Shown here: in pieces, positions 19,799 through 31,227 of the stretch
Numbering within the stretch: position 1 is the stretch's first letter
How the letters are laid out: each line of letters begins with the position of its first letter
Source: a cyanobacterium endosymbiont of Rhopalodia gibba
GTDB taxonomy: Bacteria > Cyanobacteriota > Cyanobacteriia > Cyanobacteriales > Microcystaceae
Assembly (NCBI GenBank): GCA_045159875.1
Contig: CP067995.1
Span: 1,440,001-1,504,000, forward strand
Direction: 5' to 3'
Length of the DNA: 64,000 nucleotides
The notes under the pieces: generated by a model
Seen by the model: the letters and a program-made list of their open reading frames with translations, nothing else
What the model was told of the DNA's origin: nothing
Database searches by the model: none
Made by a program: the position numbers and the translations under genes

Positions 19799-20988
19799 GT
19801 AATTTTTAATTAAAATTAAAGAGAATAAGATAATAATCATATATTATCACATTATTTTTATTAAAAAAATTGGTAACAATGAGTATAGTAATTACTATAT
19901 TTTTTATTTAACTACTCTATCCAAAGAGAATTAACACTAAACTAATTATATATTTATTGTAATCTAAAAAATATTTTTTTATTTAAGAAGAAAGAAACGT
20001 TAACTTAAATTTTTAAAAAAACTAGACTTTATGATAATTAAAATTGATATTATAGATAATCCATTTAAAGCGTTAATAATTAAATGGACTAAAGCCCAAA
20101 AATTAATAGATAGTTATTTGCACTGAACAAAAAATTAAACAACTATAAATATAAAGTAAAGATTCATATTTTATAATTATTAAATATAAACAATATATTG
20201 GATAAAGCTGTTTAAAAGGATTAAATAGATAATATTATTTCTAATACAAATAAAAAAATATTATATGTCAATATCAAAGATATTATACACTCTTTAAGAC
20301 TAGATTTTAAGTATGAAATAACGTTTAAATTTTTAAAAAATATTAAAAGTAAAACTTGACATAAAAAATAAAATAACTTAGCTTAAATTGATTGTTTTAG
20401 TAATTAGTAGATGGATTTGACTGTAAATTGCCAAACAAACTTCTTAAAAATATATAGAATGTTTAATTATTAGTTTAGAGATCTTAATAAAAATAATAAA
20501 CAATTATAGATAAATAAAATAAAAAGAGTAGAAATTAAATCAGATTCAACAGGTTTAAAGTTAGATAAGATTTTTATTAACTTTGGAAAACTAATCCTTA
20601 TTACCATTGAAATAGCAGCAATTACATGTATAGTTTTGATGCTATCAAATAGTCTATAAAAATAATAAATAACTTTTAAAAAATTACTTTATGTATAGAA
20701 AGTTATTGATTTTTGAATTAATTACTACCAAGTAAACTTATTTTTTTATAAAAAAATTATTACAAAAAAAAGTAAAAAAATATCAAATTATTCTTAAATA
20801 GTAGCGAAGTCAATGATTAAAAATATAAAAATACTGATGTTTTTCAAAGAAATTTAATTAAATGAAAAAATAAGTTGTAGGCTACGACTAGCAGATTTAG
20901 ATTAAAAAGTAACTGTTATAGCTATAAAAGTAGGAAAATTTTTAAAATATAAACTTAAAATAAAGTTTAGTAAATTAAGACAAAGTTT

Positions 20989-21025
20989 CATATGAATACT
21001 TCTATATTAGAGAAGTATTCATATG
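20989..21025. repeat. 15-bp perfect inverted repeat, 7-nt loop
   Basis: CATATGAATACTTCT-ATATTAG-AGAAGTATTCATATG. Confidence 0.88.
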
Positions 21026-21488
21026 GCAGACTAAAATAATAAAGAATAAATTTTGTTGAATGAATTTAATTTATTAGATAAAACAAAATAGAAAATATTT
21101 TTTAATATTAATTTTAAAAAAACTATCATAAAAATAAATAAAAAAATTTACTAAGATTACAAGTTTTTATTTTTTTTTGCAAAAAAGTTTAACAAAATTA
21201 CTTTTTTTTAAAAAAATAAAAAAAATAAAAATATATACAGGCATAAAAAATCAAAAGATATTAGCATACTATTTACTTAGCTTAATGTCTTTGATATTAA
21301 ATAAAATTTAAAATAATTTAAATAGAAAAAATTGAATTATAAAGGACTATTTTGGCATTTTTATTCGTTTACAATAAGTTTATATCTTAATTGTGTAGAC
21401 TGTTAAATATTTTTTTAGAATATTTTTTATTAGTTTTATGGTAACTTCTATGATAGAAAAGTTACAAATAATTAGTCTAATTTATTTT

Positions 21489-22364
21489 ATGGTTACTCCT
21501 TCTAAATCAATCTCTGAACCTACTTGGCTAACGATTATTCGACTTTTGCGGTGGAATAAACCGGCTGGAAGGCTTATTTTAATGATTCCTGCGCTATGGG
21601 CAGTTACATTAGCATCTGGCGGAACTCCTCCTTTACTGTTAGTAGGAATAATTATTTTAGGAACCTTAGCCACCAGTGCAGCCGGTTGTGTTATTAATGA
21701 TTTGTGGGATAGAGATATTGATCTTCAAGTAAAAAGGACTTGTACCCGTCCTTTAGCAGAAAAGTCTTTATCCGTAAAAGTAGGTATTATTATTGCTTTT
21801 ATTGCTTTAGGGTGCGCAGTAATTTTAGCCTTTTATCTCAACAAATTAAGTTTTTGGCTCTGTGTTGCTGCGTTTCCTGTGATTGTTAGTTATCCTTTAG
21901 CTAAGCGGGTTTTCCCTTTTCCCCAATTAGTTTTGTCTATAGCGTGGGGGTTTGCTGTTTTAATCAGTTGGACGGCAGTGACAGCTCGGTTAGAATTTTC
22001 TACTTGGATATTATGGGGAACAACGGTATTTTGGACATTGGGATTTGATACAGTTTATGCTATGTCAGATCAGGAAGATGATAAAAAAATTGGAGTTAAT
22101 TCTAGTGCCTTATTTTTTGGGACTTATACTGCTAATGCTGTAGGAATATTCTTTGCCATAAGTGTTGGTTTATTATCCTATTTGGGAATAGTTTTAAGAC
22201 TTAAAATTGGATTTTGGATTACTGTACTTATTGCCCTAGTAGGTTGGATAAGTCAATACTTTTGCCTTCGTTCAAAAGATATTTCTCAATCTGTTTATGA
22301 AGAGATTTTTAGTCAGAATGTTATATTAGGTTTTCTCTTATTATTAGGGATGGTGTTCAGTTGA
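21489..22364 (+). CDS. plqA: 4-hydroxybenzoate solanesyltransferase (UbiA family, plastoquinone synthesis)
   Basis: RLLRWNKPAG, NDLWDRDID...RT..RPL, YPLAKR, DTVYAMSDQEDD; ATG at 21489 preferred (ORF opens at 21438). Confidence 0.92.
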   Translation: MVTPSKSISEPTWLTIIRLLRWNKPAGRLILMIPALWAVTLASGGTPPLLLVGIIILGTLATSAAGCVINDLWDRDIDLQVKRTCTRPLAEKSLSVKVGIIIAFIALGCAVILAFYLNKLSFWLCVAAFPVIVSYPLAKRVFPFPQLVLSIAWGFAVLISWTAVTARLEFSTWILWGTTVFWTLGFDTVYAMSDQEDDKKIGVNSSALFFGTYTANAVGIFFAISVGLLSYLGIVLRLKIGFWITVLIALVGWISQYFCLRSKDISQSVYEEIFSQNVILGFLLLLGMVFS

Positions 22365-23800
22365 TTTCTTGTCTTAAATACTGTGTGGACATTTTTTGAC
22401 TTAGTTTAGTTTTATGAAATAAAAATAAGTTTTTTTATTACCTTTACCATTAATCATTTATAGATATTTTTAAAACCAAGTTTAAAGAATTAGTCAATAA
22501 TACTGTTAATTTTTTTTAGTTTCTTTAATAATTTGTCTGTAACTATTTACCATAAAATTTTTAATATAAATAGCCTAGTGTCTTCCATCCTTTACTATCA
22601 GAACAATTGTGATAAACTTCTTTTTTAAGAAAATCTGCTTAATTACTATCTGTTCAAGATGTTATTTTTCTAAAATGAACTAAACTGACTATATCCTTTT
22701 CATAATCTTGTGAATTTAGAGTCTCTTTCCTATTAGAGAATAATCCAGACTCTGTTCCAATAAACTTCTCAGTGGACTGGACCAACGAAAACAGAGTTTA
22801 TTATAAATTAGTATTTGTTTCTTTAAATCTAAGTACTCAAATAATAGTCATCTGTGGAGATACATTATCTTACTTAAAAAAATTACATCCATAAAGTCCA
22901 ACAATCAAAAAGTTAACTCATTAAATATTTTTTTAATCCGTAATCTTTCTTGATCAAGCCAAGGGAAATAACTCATATATAGGCTAGGTCCTAGGATAAT
23001 ATCAGGATTATTAAATGAAGAAGAAAAGATAAATTGCTCTAAAACTATAGATTTGATAATATCAATCAAGACTTCCATTGTAAACCCAACCCAAAATAAA
23101 ACTATTGACCAAACTTCAACACAACAAAAATGATAGATTTTTATTTTAAAAATCATTAAAGTTTTTAAATCTTTAATAAGATAGGGTTTTACATTTTTTT
23201 ATTAAGCCCAAAATTTACACTTCCCAAAAGTTAGCTAGTAATTTTTTAATTTTTCAGCAAATCTTCTAGATTACTCTAAACTTGTGAGATTTATCATATT
23301 TTCTAGTTACTATTGATTTAGTAATGGGAAGATTTACTCTAGTAAAAGATAAATTTTGGGTAACTTTTGTTAGCTTAAGAAGTTTAAGATTATATCCCTA
23401 ATACTGTTTGAAAGGATTGTTTTTGATAACTGGTTAACGAAAGTAAACTACTTCTAGTTTTTGCTTCAACAAAAGTTTTGAGAAAGTGACGACATTCTGA
23501 ACGAATATTAGAGGAAACAATCCAAGTTTTAGAAATTTTTTACCAATTGGAGAATCCCGTTAATTAAAGCCATCTTAAACTATCAATTCTTCTAAATCAT
23601 CAAAGCCTCTTAAAGTTCCGGCCATTTATTGTATTGACTTTCCATCTCAATTCTCAAAATAGTTTTCACCAAACTGAGGATAATTAATGGAAGGACCAAC
23701 TTCAACAATGGTTAATCCATAACGCTATCTGAGGTAATACTTCACCTCAGTAAAAGATTGCATCTATCTAATCTTAGAACTAAAAGTGACCTTTTTAAAA

Positions 23801-23874
<74 letters not shown>

Positions 23875-23933
23875 CCGCTTCTATGAGCATAGCAGAAACC
23901 ATAGGTCTATGGCAAGCTATTTACTAAACAATT

Positions 23934-24887
23934 TTAAATTATAGATAATTCCCCAATGACTTCAAGGCGTTTGCAGTTATTAAGGCTCATAAATTTTTCA
24001 GCTAAGGTTTCGGCTACACTAGGAGTTATCCAACCCATACTTCGCAATACATGAAGAGCTGTCACGTATTTAGCTCGTTTTGAACCATCTATTACTTTAA
24101 TAGCTAACCCCATTCCCTGTCCCACACGACCAACACATTGAATGCCTTCAGCACCAGATTTACTGACGAGTTCTCCTTCAGTTAAACGCATCAATTCTGT
24201 ATCAAAGGCTCCTTCCCCAGCTACCATTGTTGGGTAGTAAGTCATTGCTCGGACAATTCTTTCTAAGTCTAGGTTATTTCCCGATGTTAACTGAGCGTAT
24301 AAATGAGCCATTTGACTAAGCTTCATCGAGTAAGTAGGAGCTCCACAATCATCATAGGCACTGATCAATTCCGCCCCTGGTATCGCTAACAACTCACCAA
24401 TTTTGTCTAGGATTAAATGTTGTACAGGAGCAGATTTTTTAAGATAGGTATTAAGAGGCCAGTTGCGTTGTTGACAAATAGCTAACATTGCAGCATGTTT
24501 CCCTGAACAATTGTGCTGGAGAGAACTTTGAGATCCTTGAGGAATCGGGCATTGCAACGCACTGGGCTCAATATCAGCTCGCCAAAGTACATTGAAAACC
24601 TGTCGTGCCTGTTCAATCGTCCCTTGATGAGAGCTACAAATAACTGCTAAGTCTTTATCATTAAGTTCATAGCGTTCTAAGGTTCCAGTAGTAACTACAG
24701 CTATGGACTGAAAGGGTTTTAAAGCTGAACGAACAAAAGCGGTGGTTTCAGAATTTCCTGCAACTAATAAAAGTCTTCCACGAGCATCACAGACCATTGC
24801 TTCAACTTGATGAGCTGACTCAATAATGCCTTCTCGTAATAAATGAACTTCTAATTTAGGAGTATGGGTGCGTGTTCCTCTGGTCAT
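23934..24887 (-). CDS. Asparaginase II family protein
   Basis: RSALKPFQ, SSHQG, HNCSGKHAAML, SKSGAEG, KVIDG motifs of the Rhizobium etli-type asparaginase family. Confidence 0.9.
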   Translation of the reverse strand: MTRGTRTHTPKLEVHLLREGIIESAHQVEAMVCDARGRLLLVAGNSETTAFVRSALKPFQSIAVVTTGTLERYELNDKDLAVICSSHQGTIEQARQVFNVLWRADIEPSALQCPIPQGSQSSLQHNCSGKHAAMLAICQQRNWPLNTYLKKSAPVQHLILDKIGELLAIPGAELISAYDDCGAPTYSMKLSQMAHLYAQLTSGNNLDLERIVRAMTYYPTMVAGEGAFDTELMRLTEGELVSKSGAEGIQCVGRVGQGMGLAIKVIDGSKRAKYVTALHVLRSMGWITPSVAETLAEKFMSLNNCKRLEVIGELSII

Positions 24888-24936
24888 TCGATTCTAAAGT
24901 TTAGGGTTGTGGGTTAGTATTGGGTGTATCGAAATG

Positions 24937-25437
24937 TTATTGAGACAGCCACATGATGATATTACCAATGATAATGCCTACGATAATCACTTTTGTACGA
25001 GTTAGACGTTGTAGAATTGGGTCTACTTGGTAGGAGACAATCAGGCGATCACGAGTTAACACTTCTGGGGGTTTAAACCAAGTTTGTCCGTCATACCACC
25101 CTGATTCTTCATAAAAAATTGTTTTTTTTCTTAGGCGATTACCCACATAACACCAGCTTAATCCTAATTGTATGACGACTAGAGTAACCATTAACCCTGC
25201 CCCTAGGTTATTGCACAGGATAAATAAAAAAGGAGATGTTTTAGGAGGAAAACTAGCTGCAGTAATGGGAATGCTTAATATCCACCCAATTAGTCCTACA
25301 TAAGTAATTTTTCGCCAATAGAGTTTTGTCTCTAGAGTTGCCCATCGAAAAAAACACGATTTTTTTAAGTTTTCGTATTCGTTAACCGGCTGTTGTTCAG
25401 CAGGAACGGGACAGATGTTTATGGGTAATTCCCTCAT
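24937..25437 (-). CDS. ycf36: CGLD27/Ycf36 (DUF1230) membrane protein
   Basis: CPVPAEQQPVNEY and YEESGWYDGQTW.KP...RDRL motifs. Confidence 0.9.
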   Translation of the reverse strand: MRELPINICPVPAEQQPVNEYENLKKSCFFRWATLETKLYWRKITYVGLIGWILSIPITAASFPPKTSPFLFILCNNLGAGLMVTLVVIQLGLSWCYVGNRLRKKTIFYEESGWYDGQTWFKPPEVLTRDRLIVSYQVDPILQRLTRTKVIIVGIIIGNIIMWLSQ

Positions 25438-25463
25438 AATGATTGTATCTGTATAGCTTGCAA

Positions 25464-25877
25464 TTAAGATAATTCAATACGTTTAGCATGACCCCAAAAC
25501 GCTTCTAAGTTATAAAATTCTCGTTCTTCAGGTAGAAGAATATGAACGATAACATTCCCATAATCTTGAAGTATCCAAGTCCCTTGTCGTTTTCCTTCGA
25601 TGCGTAGGGGGGATTGTTTACAAGTCTGATCAACCTTGTCTTCGATTGCATCAGCAATTGCTTTAACTTGAGTAGTAGAAAATCCAGTAGCGATAATAAA
25701 GTAGTCACTTAAGTAAGAAATTTCTGTGACTTTTAAGACAACAATATTATCTGCTTTGCGGTCATCGGCTGCTTGGACAATTGCCAAGATAAGGTTTTGG
25801 TTTTTTGGGTCGGTTAAATTATCTGTCACCGTTAAGGTTAAGGTATTTTCTGGAGAAGATGGTTCGTAATTTATCAT
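25464..25877 (-). CDS. rsfS: Ribosome silencing factor (Iojap)
   Basis: AADDRKA.NI, DYFIIATGFS..QVKAI, WILQDYG.VIVH, REFYNLEAFW. Confidence 0.95.
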   Translation of the reverse strand: MINYEPSSPENTLTLTVTDNLTDPKNQNLILAIVQAADDRKADNIVVLKVTEISYLSDYFIIATGFSTTQVKAIADAIEDKVDQTCKQSPLRIEGKRQGTWILQDYGNVIVHILLPEEREFYNLEAFWGHAKRIELS

Positions 25878-25974
25878 TAAGGGTTGTTTTATTTTGGACT
25901 TTCAATAATTCATCGTTTAAGCAAGGTTAGAGTGTTACTTATTTTTTTAAACTGCAGTAAACTCTATTTTTGTT

Positions 25975-26480
25975 TGAGATAATGCCCAACTGCAAGTCAA
26001 AATGGCTTTTGGATAAGTATAACGATGTCCATCCAAATTAAGTTTTTTAAGGAAAGTGACAGATTGGCTACACACTTCCATAAAAATTTCGTTAACCAAA
26101 CACAATGCATAGTCCTTGACTTGAGCGCATTTTCCTGATTGTATTCTAGGGCATTAGCTGAACAATACGATACACATTTGTGAACTGCCTAGAATAGGAT
26201 TACTTGATAGCTGTAAAAATTTCTGTATCTTTTACCTTAAATTGTTTTCTACCTATGATTGTATTTGTTTCTGTCGAAAGTGAGTATAGATACAGATAAA
26301 ACGAATTTCTAGCTATTCGTTTCTTGCGACGGACAATAGTTTAGGTCGAAAACATAATTTAACTAAGTCATATATTAATCTTGCGATCGCTACTTTCTAG
26401 CAGCTAACTTGATAATGATTGGTTAATTCAATGCACACACATTCTTTCCCTACAATTAGGTTCTCGACAATAGGAAAAAA
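25975..26480 (-). pseudogene. yqeK: YqeK-family HD hydrolase (Ap4A hydrolase) pseudogene
   Basis: Fragments *KVAIARLIYDLVKLCFRPKLL (cf. AGLMHDLAKYF.P..LL), LGSSQM, ANALE (cf. ADALE), YPKAILTCSWA (cf. HPRTILTRNW); stops and frameshifts; expected position upstream of rsfS. Confidence 0.75.
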
Positions 26481-27528
26481 TATTATTTTTTATCTAAACA
26501 ATTAGTTGTTCTTGCACACTTGCTTATTACTAGTTTATCATTAAAAATTTTTTTTTACTCTATTGTATGTAGCGAGCTTATCATAATGAATTTCAAGATT
26601 TTTTTAGAAAAATTACAGTTACATTTTCTAATTTTATCGTAAAAATTTACTAAGTTTTTAGAACCATGATAAGTTATTAACAATTGAGTAACTCATTTTT
26701 GCCTGTAGACTATCCCTTAAGTAAAATTTATTCAATTACAATTCTGTCTTGTTACTGTACCTGTCCAAAATAGAAATACCGTCATCCATAATAATCTAAA
26801 GATAGTCCATTTGATATTTAAAAGGTTATTTATTTTTAAAAAATCATTTTTTAATTCATAGTAAATATAAAAAAAATTAATTTAAAAATTAACTATTTAC
26901 TTAGTTTTTTAAGGTCGTCTATCTTGATTATTAAAGACAATTACGAAAATCTATATTAATCTTAAACAGCCTCTGAGTAGGGAAGCTCACATAAGTATGA
27001 AATAGAGAATTAGTTAAATAAAGAAAATTACTGAATACTAGTCTGACTAAGAATTTTCTCTATTCTAGAGAAAATTTTGAAATATAAGGATTTACATTAA
27101 ACAATACTAACTAAAATAAGCAACTCTAAACAAATTACCTTTTTAACATTTATTTGGAGTTGTTTACCTGTCATAGTTGTTATCTTTTTGTTGTCAAATC
27201 TATTCTTCCCAGTTAATTAACGCCATGGTTTATTCTGGGAATTTAGTTAACTCTCAATTTACTAATATTTAGGTTAGACTCAAAAAAATAAAGGATTTTA
27301 CTTTGACCTCTCAAGTAAGAATAGAACAAATGATCTAGCTAAGTTACAGTTTGGAAGATAAATCTAGAAGAAATGACCTCTATATTAATTAATCAACTGT
27401 GATGATGCTTTAATCACAGATTTTGTTCTCTATTGACCACTCTAAAGAAGAATTTTTATTTATAAGTCTACCCAGACTTTAGAACTCTCATTAATATAAG
27501 TGATAGCAGTGACATAGATTCACAATAC

Positions 27529-29127
27529 ATGAAAAAGAGTGTTGCATGGTTGGTAGGGAGTTTAAGTGTCTTGGAAATTATGACCCCCATTAGGGCCTTA
27601 GAAAATTCTATAGGCGAAGCAGGAATTAATGCTGCAAAGTTACACAAAGACCCTTACAATCTAACGGGACGTAAAATTGCTATTGGTCAAGTAGAAATTG
27701 GCCGACCTGGACAATTTGGGTTTGATAAGATTGCTGCCTGGAATCCAAAGATTAATCTAGCAGGAGTCTATTTTCGTAACAATTTTGTCAAACCCAACAG
27801 CAATCTAGATAACCATGCGGCAATGGTAGCAACAATGATGGTGAGTCAAGATAAACGGGTACCCGGAGTTGCTCCAAAAGCTAGATTATACGCCTCAGCT
27901 GTTGGTGAGCTCAAACGAGGAGGACAACCTGAAGAATGTTTAGCCAGTCAACACGTAGCTCAGCAAAATGGTGGTGATGTTCGGGCGATTAATTTTAGTT
28001 TTGGGGAATCTTTACAACGAGATCCTAGAGAAAATGCTAGGCTTGATGGCAATGCTTTGTTGACTCAATGTATTGATTGGTCTGCAAGGGTTCATGACGT
28101 TCTTTATGTTATCGCCGGTAATCAAGGGGAGGGGGGTATTCCCATTCCTACAGACCATTACAATGGAATTACCACTGCTTATACAACTAAACAAAAAGGG
28201 AAATTTACTAAAGTTGATTTTGCGAATTTAAGTGCATTTCCAATAGGAATAGGTCGGCGTTTAATTAGACGCGAAATCAATACAGGATTAAGGCGAGCGG
28301 TGAGTTTAGTGGCCCCAGGGAATAAAATCATTCTATACGATCTGTCGGGCAAAATTAATGAGGTCAGCGGGACAAGTTTTGCTGCCCCTCATATTACGGC
28401 CTCAGTGGCTTTACTCCAGGAATTTGGTGATCGCCAACTACGAGAAAAAAAAGCTAATTGGAGTTTGGATTCTCGTCGCCATCAAGTCATGAAAGCTGTT
28501 TTGCTCAATTCTGCTGATAAATTGCGAGACCACGGCGATGGTTTGTTATTAGGTATGGTTCGCACAGTTTTAAGTAAAAAAAATCAAAACTGGTTAAAAT
28601 CTGATGCCTATCACGACCCAAAAACCCCTTTAGATATAGAAATGGGAACAGGACATCTAAATACCTTTCGGGCTTATCAACAATTTAGTGCCGGTCAATG
28701 GAAACCTGATAAGACAGTTTCTTCTTTAGGTTGGAATTACGATACGATAACCTATAATGAACATCATGATTATGTAATAAAAAATCCATTAAGCAAAGGA
28801 AGTTATGTTGCTATTACTCTTGTTTGGGACCGCCATGTTGAGTTGAATGATACTAATAGAAATAAGCGATATAATTTAGGCGAAACATTCCGTGATCGTG
28901 GCTTAAATAATTTAGATGTATATTTAATGCCGGCAACAAGTAAAAATATTTCTCAAAGTACTTGTTCTTCTATTAGTAAAGTAGACAACATTGAACACAT
29001 TTTTTGTCAAATTCCTAACACCGGCTCCTACAAAGTTCGGGTTCAGTATCCGCAACCTCTTAATCAACATAAACAACCTTATGGGTTAGCTTGGTGGACC
29101 GCTTCTTTAACGTCCTTTCCCCGGTAG
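27529..29127 (+). CDS. Secreted subtilisin-like S8 family peptidase
   Basis: Signal-like N-terminus; GQVEIG, NHAAMVA, AGNQG oxyanion region, SGTSFAAPH catalytic serine. Confidence 0.88.
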   Translation: MKKSVAWLVGSLSVLEIMTPIRALENSIGEAGINAAKLHKDPYNLTGRKIAIGQVEIGRPGQFGFDKIAAWNPKINLAGVYFRNNFVKPNSNLDNHAAMVATMMVSQDKRVPGVAPKARLYASAVGELKRGGQPEECLASQHVAQQNGGDVRAINFSFGESLQRDPRENARLDGNALLTQCIDWSARVHDVLYVIAGNQGEGGIPIPTDHYNGITTAYTTKQKGKFTKVDFANLSAFPIGIGRRLIRREINTGLRRAVSLVAPGNKIILYDLSGKINEVSGTSFAAPHITASVALLQEFGDRQLREKKANWSLDSRRHQVMKAVLLNSADKLRDHGDGLLLGMVRTVLSKKNQNWLKSDAYHDPKTPLDIEMGTGHLNTFRAYQQFSAGQWKPDKTVSSLGWNYDTITYNEHHDYVIKNPLSKGSYVAITLVWDRHVELNDTNRNKRYNLGETFRDRGLNNLDVYLMPATSKNISQSTCSSISKVDNIEHIFCQIPNTGSYKVRVQYPQPLNQHKQPYGLAWWTASLTSFPR

Positions 29128-29772
29128 CTTCTCTTGAGTAAGTCAAAAAGTAATTGCTAAGTCCTTGCAGGAGGATAAATTTCTTCTGTCAAGTTAACTC
29201 TAAGAATGCAGTAGAGTCTAAAACGGGACTGTTTCCTCAAAAATGTTCGAGTTTGTATTCTCTGTCTATCAGGGAACAAGTCATAATTGTAGGTTAGTTT
29301 AGCTATAAAGCTAATAACTCTGTTTCTAACATAATCCACCATCCGATTTCATTAACTCCAAAACTCCAATACTCCAATACTTTCAGTAAATATGTTATTT
29401 CAAGTACATAATCATTTTGTCGATTCATCCATACAAGTTGAATAGCTAGAGCGACAGATTCTTTATTTTTAATCATTGATACTTTTTTTGCAAAAGGAGT
29501 TTATTTACTGATGTTAATCCTCTGACCGCTATGATATCGGGTTTATATTCAGTACCTTTCAAGATTCTAATAATATATTCTCTGATGATCAAATAGGAAT
29601 CCTACCTCTCTTCAACCACTGACTTTATGCATTTAATCATAAATTCAGCAATCTCCGAATACTTCTCTCGATTTTTATCTCTCAATAATCACCCCACACC
29701 TCAATTGATAGGAGTTTTCCGTACCCTTTAAATAACAATTCAGAAATTGATCTATTGAAAACAGTGCTTTAC

Positions 29773-29802
29773 CAAGCAGTAGCAATTCAAGCAGTAGCAA
29801 TT
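29773..29802. repeat. 15-bp perfect tandem duplication
   Basis: CAAGCAGTAGCAATT x2. Confidence 0.85.
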
Positions 29803-30777
29803 ATTGAGCTCATTATCACCACAGATTCTTACTTTCTGACTTAATTAAGATAGAAATTTTAAATTTTCACACTAAATTTACAGATATATTATTTTTTTGA
29901 AATACTTTAGTTCTAAGTAATTAAAGGTAGACTGATAAAATCATCTTATTATATTTTATCAGTTAAAAGTCAATTGTTAATCAAAAAAATTACTAAAAAA
30001 ATACTTATAGAAAAGTCACTAATAGTTAAATTTAATATTTTATAGTGAGCGACAGTTACAAGAAAAATCTGTTTATAACATCTAGATCAATAAAGAGATT
30101 AACAAACGCAGTAGAAAAGTAAAAAGTTAAATAGATGTAGCTTATCAAAAATAGAGCAATAGATATAATTTTTTTTATTTCTATTGTTTCAATTGGCTTT
30201 AACTAAAATAGTTAATGTGTACTAAGTAGTTATAAAAAATAATTGTTGCATCTATTTCTTTGTATCTACAGTATTTCTTGAATATATTTAACACTTATTT
30301 AAGAAGTTTCTATTTTTCTAAGTTCTTTTTCTGTGGGAAATAAATCAATTTTTATACTCACTTTTATTCCCTTATATTTATAGTAACTTTTTTAAATTTT
30401 TACGAATTTTTTCAGGATCTAATTAGACTTTTCTTCATAATTTTTTAAATCATAGAATTTTCTAATTTCTTGCTGGAGAAGATGTTAATCTATATAGTGC
30501 TTCCGATGAACTAGTTGGCACTTCAAGTGCCACCGACTGATGAAAAGAATAACCTAAATGTATTCTGGTGAATATTCTGGAAAAAGATTTACTCCCAACA
30601 ATCACCAAATAATTGTTACTAATGGTACATTATTTTATTTTGAAACCCAAAACAGCCACACTATTACCACTGACTGACAATTTATAATTTAGGTTGAAGA
30701 TTCTTAAACTCTGATTATGAATGATCCACAAAATTAAGTAAATATCATTCATGCCTCAAAAAATAATTTAGGAGGCA

Positions 30778-30870
30778 ATGATAGTTTAGAGCAATTCAGA
30801 GGATGATAGATATCATTTATCCTGAGACTGATGACCGTATTAATATAAAGCTGATAATGACCTGATTTTA
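30778..30870 (+). pseudogene. Probable Uma2 (DUF820) endonuclease remnant
   Basis: AGGAGG ribosome-binding site plus ATG, early TAG, then DIIYPETDD...ADN resembling the Uma2 N-terminal IIYPxSDGxPMADNT motif. Confidence 0.45.
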
Positions 30871-31227
30871 CTATACTGCAGTGGATGATCTTTTCCTTGC
30901 CAATACTAATATCATTAACGATGGTAACTTATCTGAAAAAGACAAAATCAAATTCCTTGCCACGAGCTTAAAATCTGGTTTCTTCAGAAGTGATTAGAAT
31001 ATTCATCAAGACATCTTTAACACAGTGATTGAGTCCTTTAGATTTCTGAAAAACTAAGATCTTCAGTTTAATTGAAGCCAATTGTGTGTTTAATGGTTAA
31101 TTTCATCAACTTCAATATAAAAAGGTTATTATCTCGCAATTTTTGCCTTTAAAAGCGGTAGTAGAAGTGACTCACCACCGCTATAAGTTGGGGTTAATAA
31201 TCCAGATAATTATTCGATAACCCCTCA

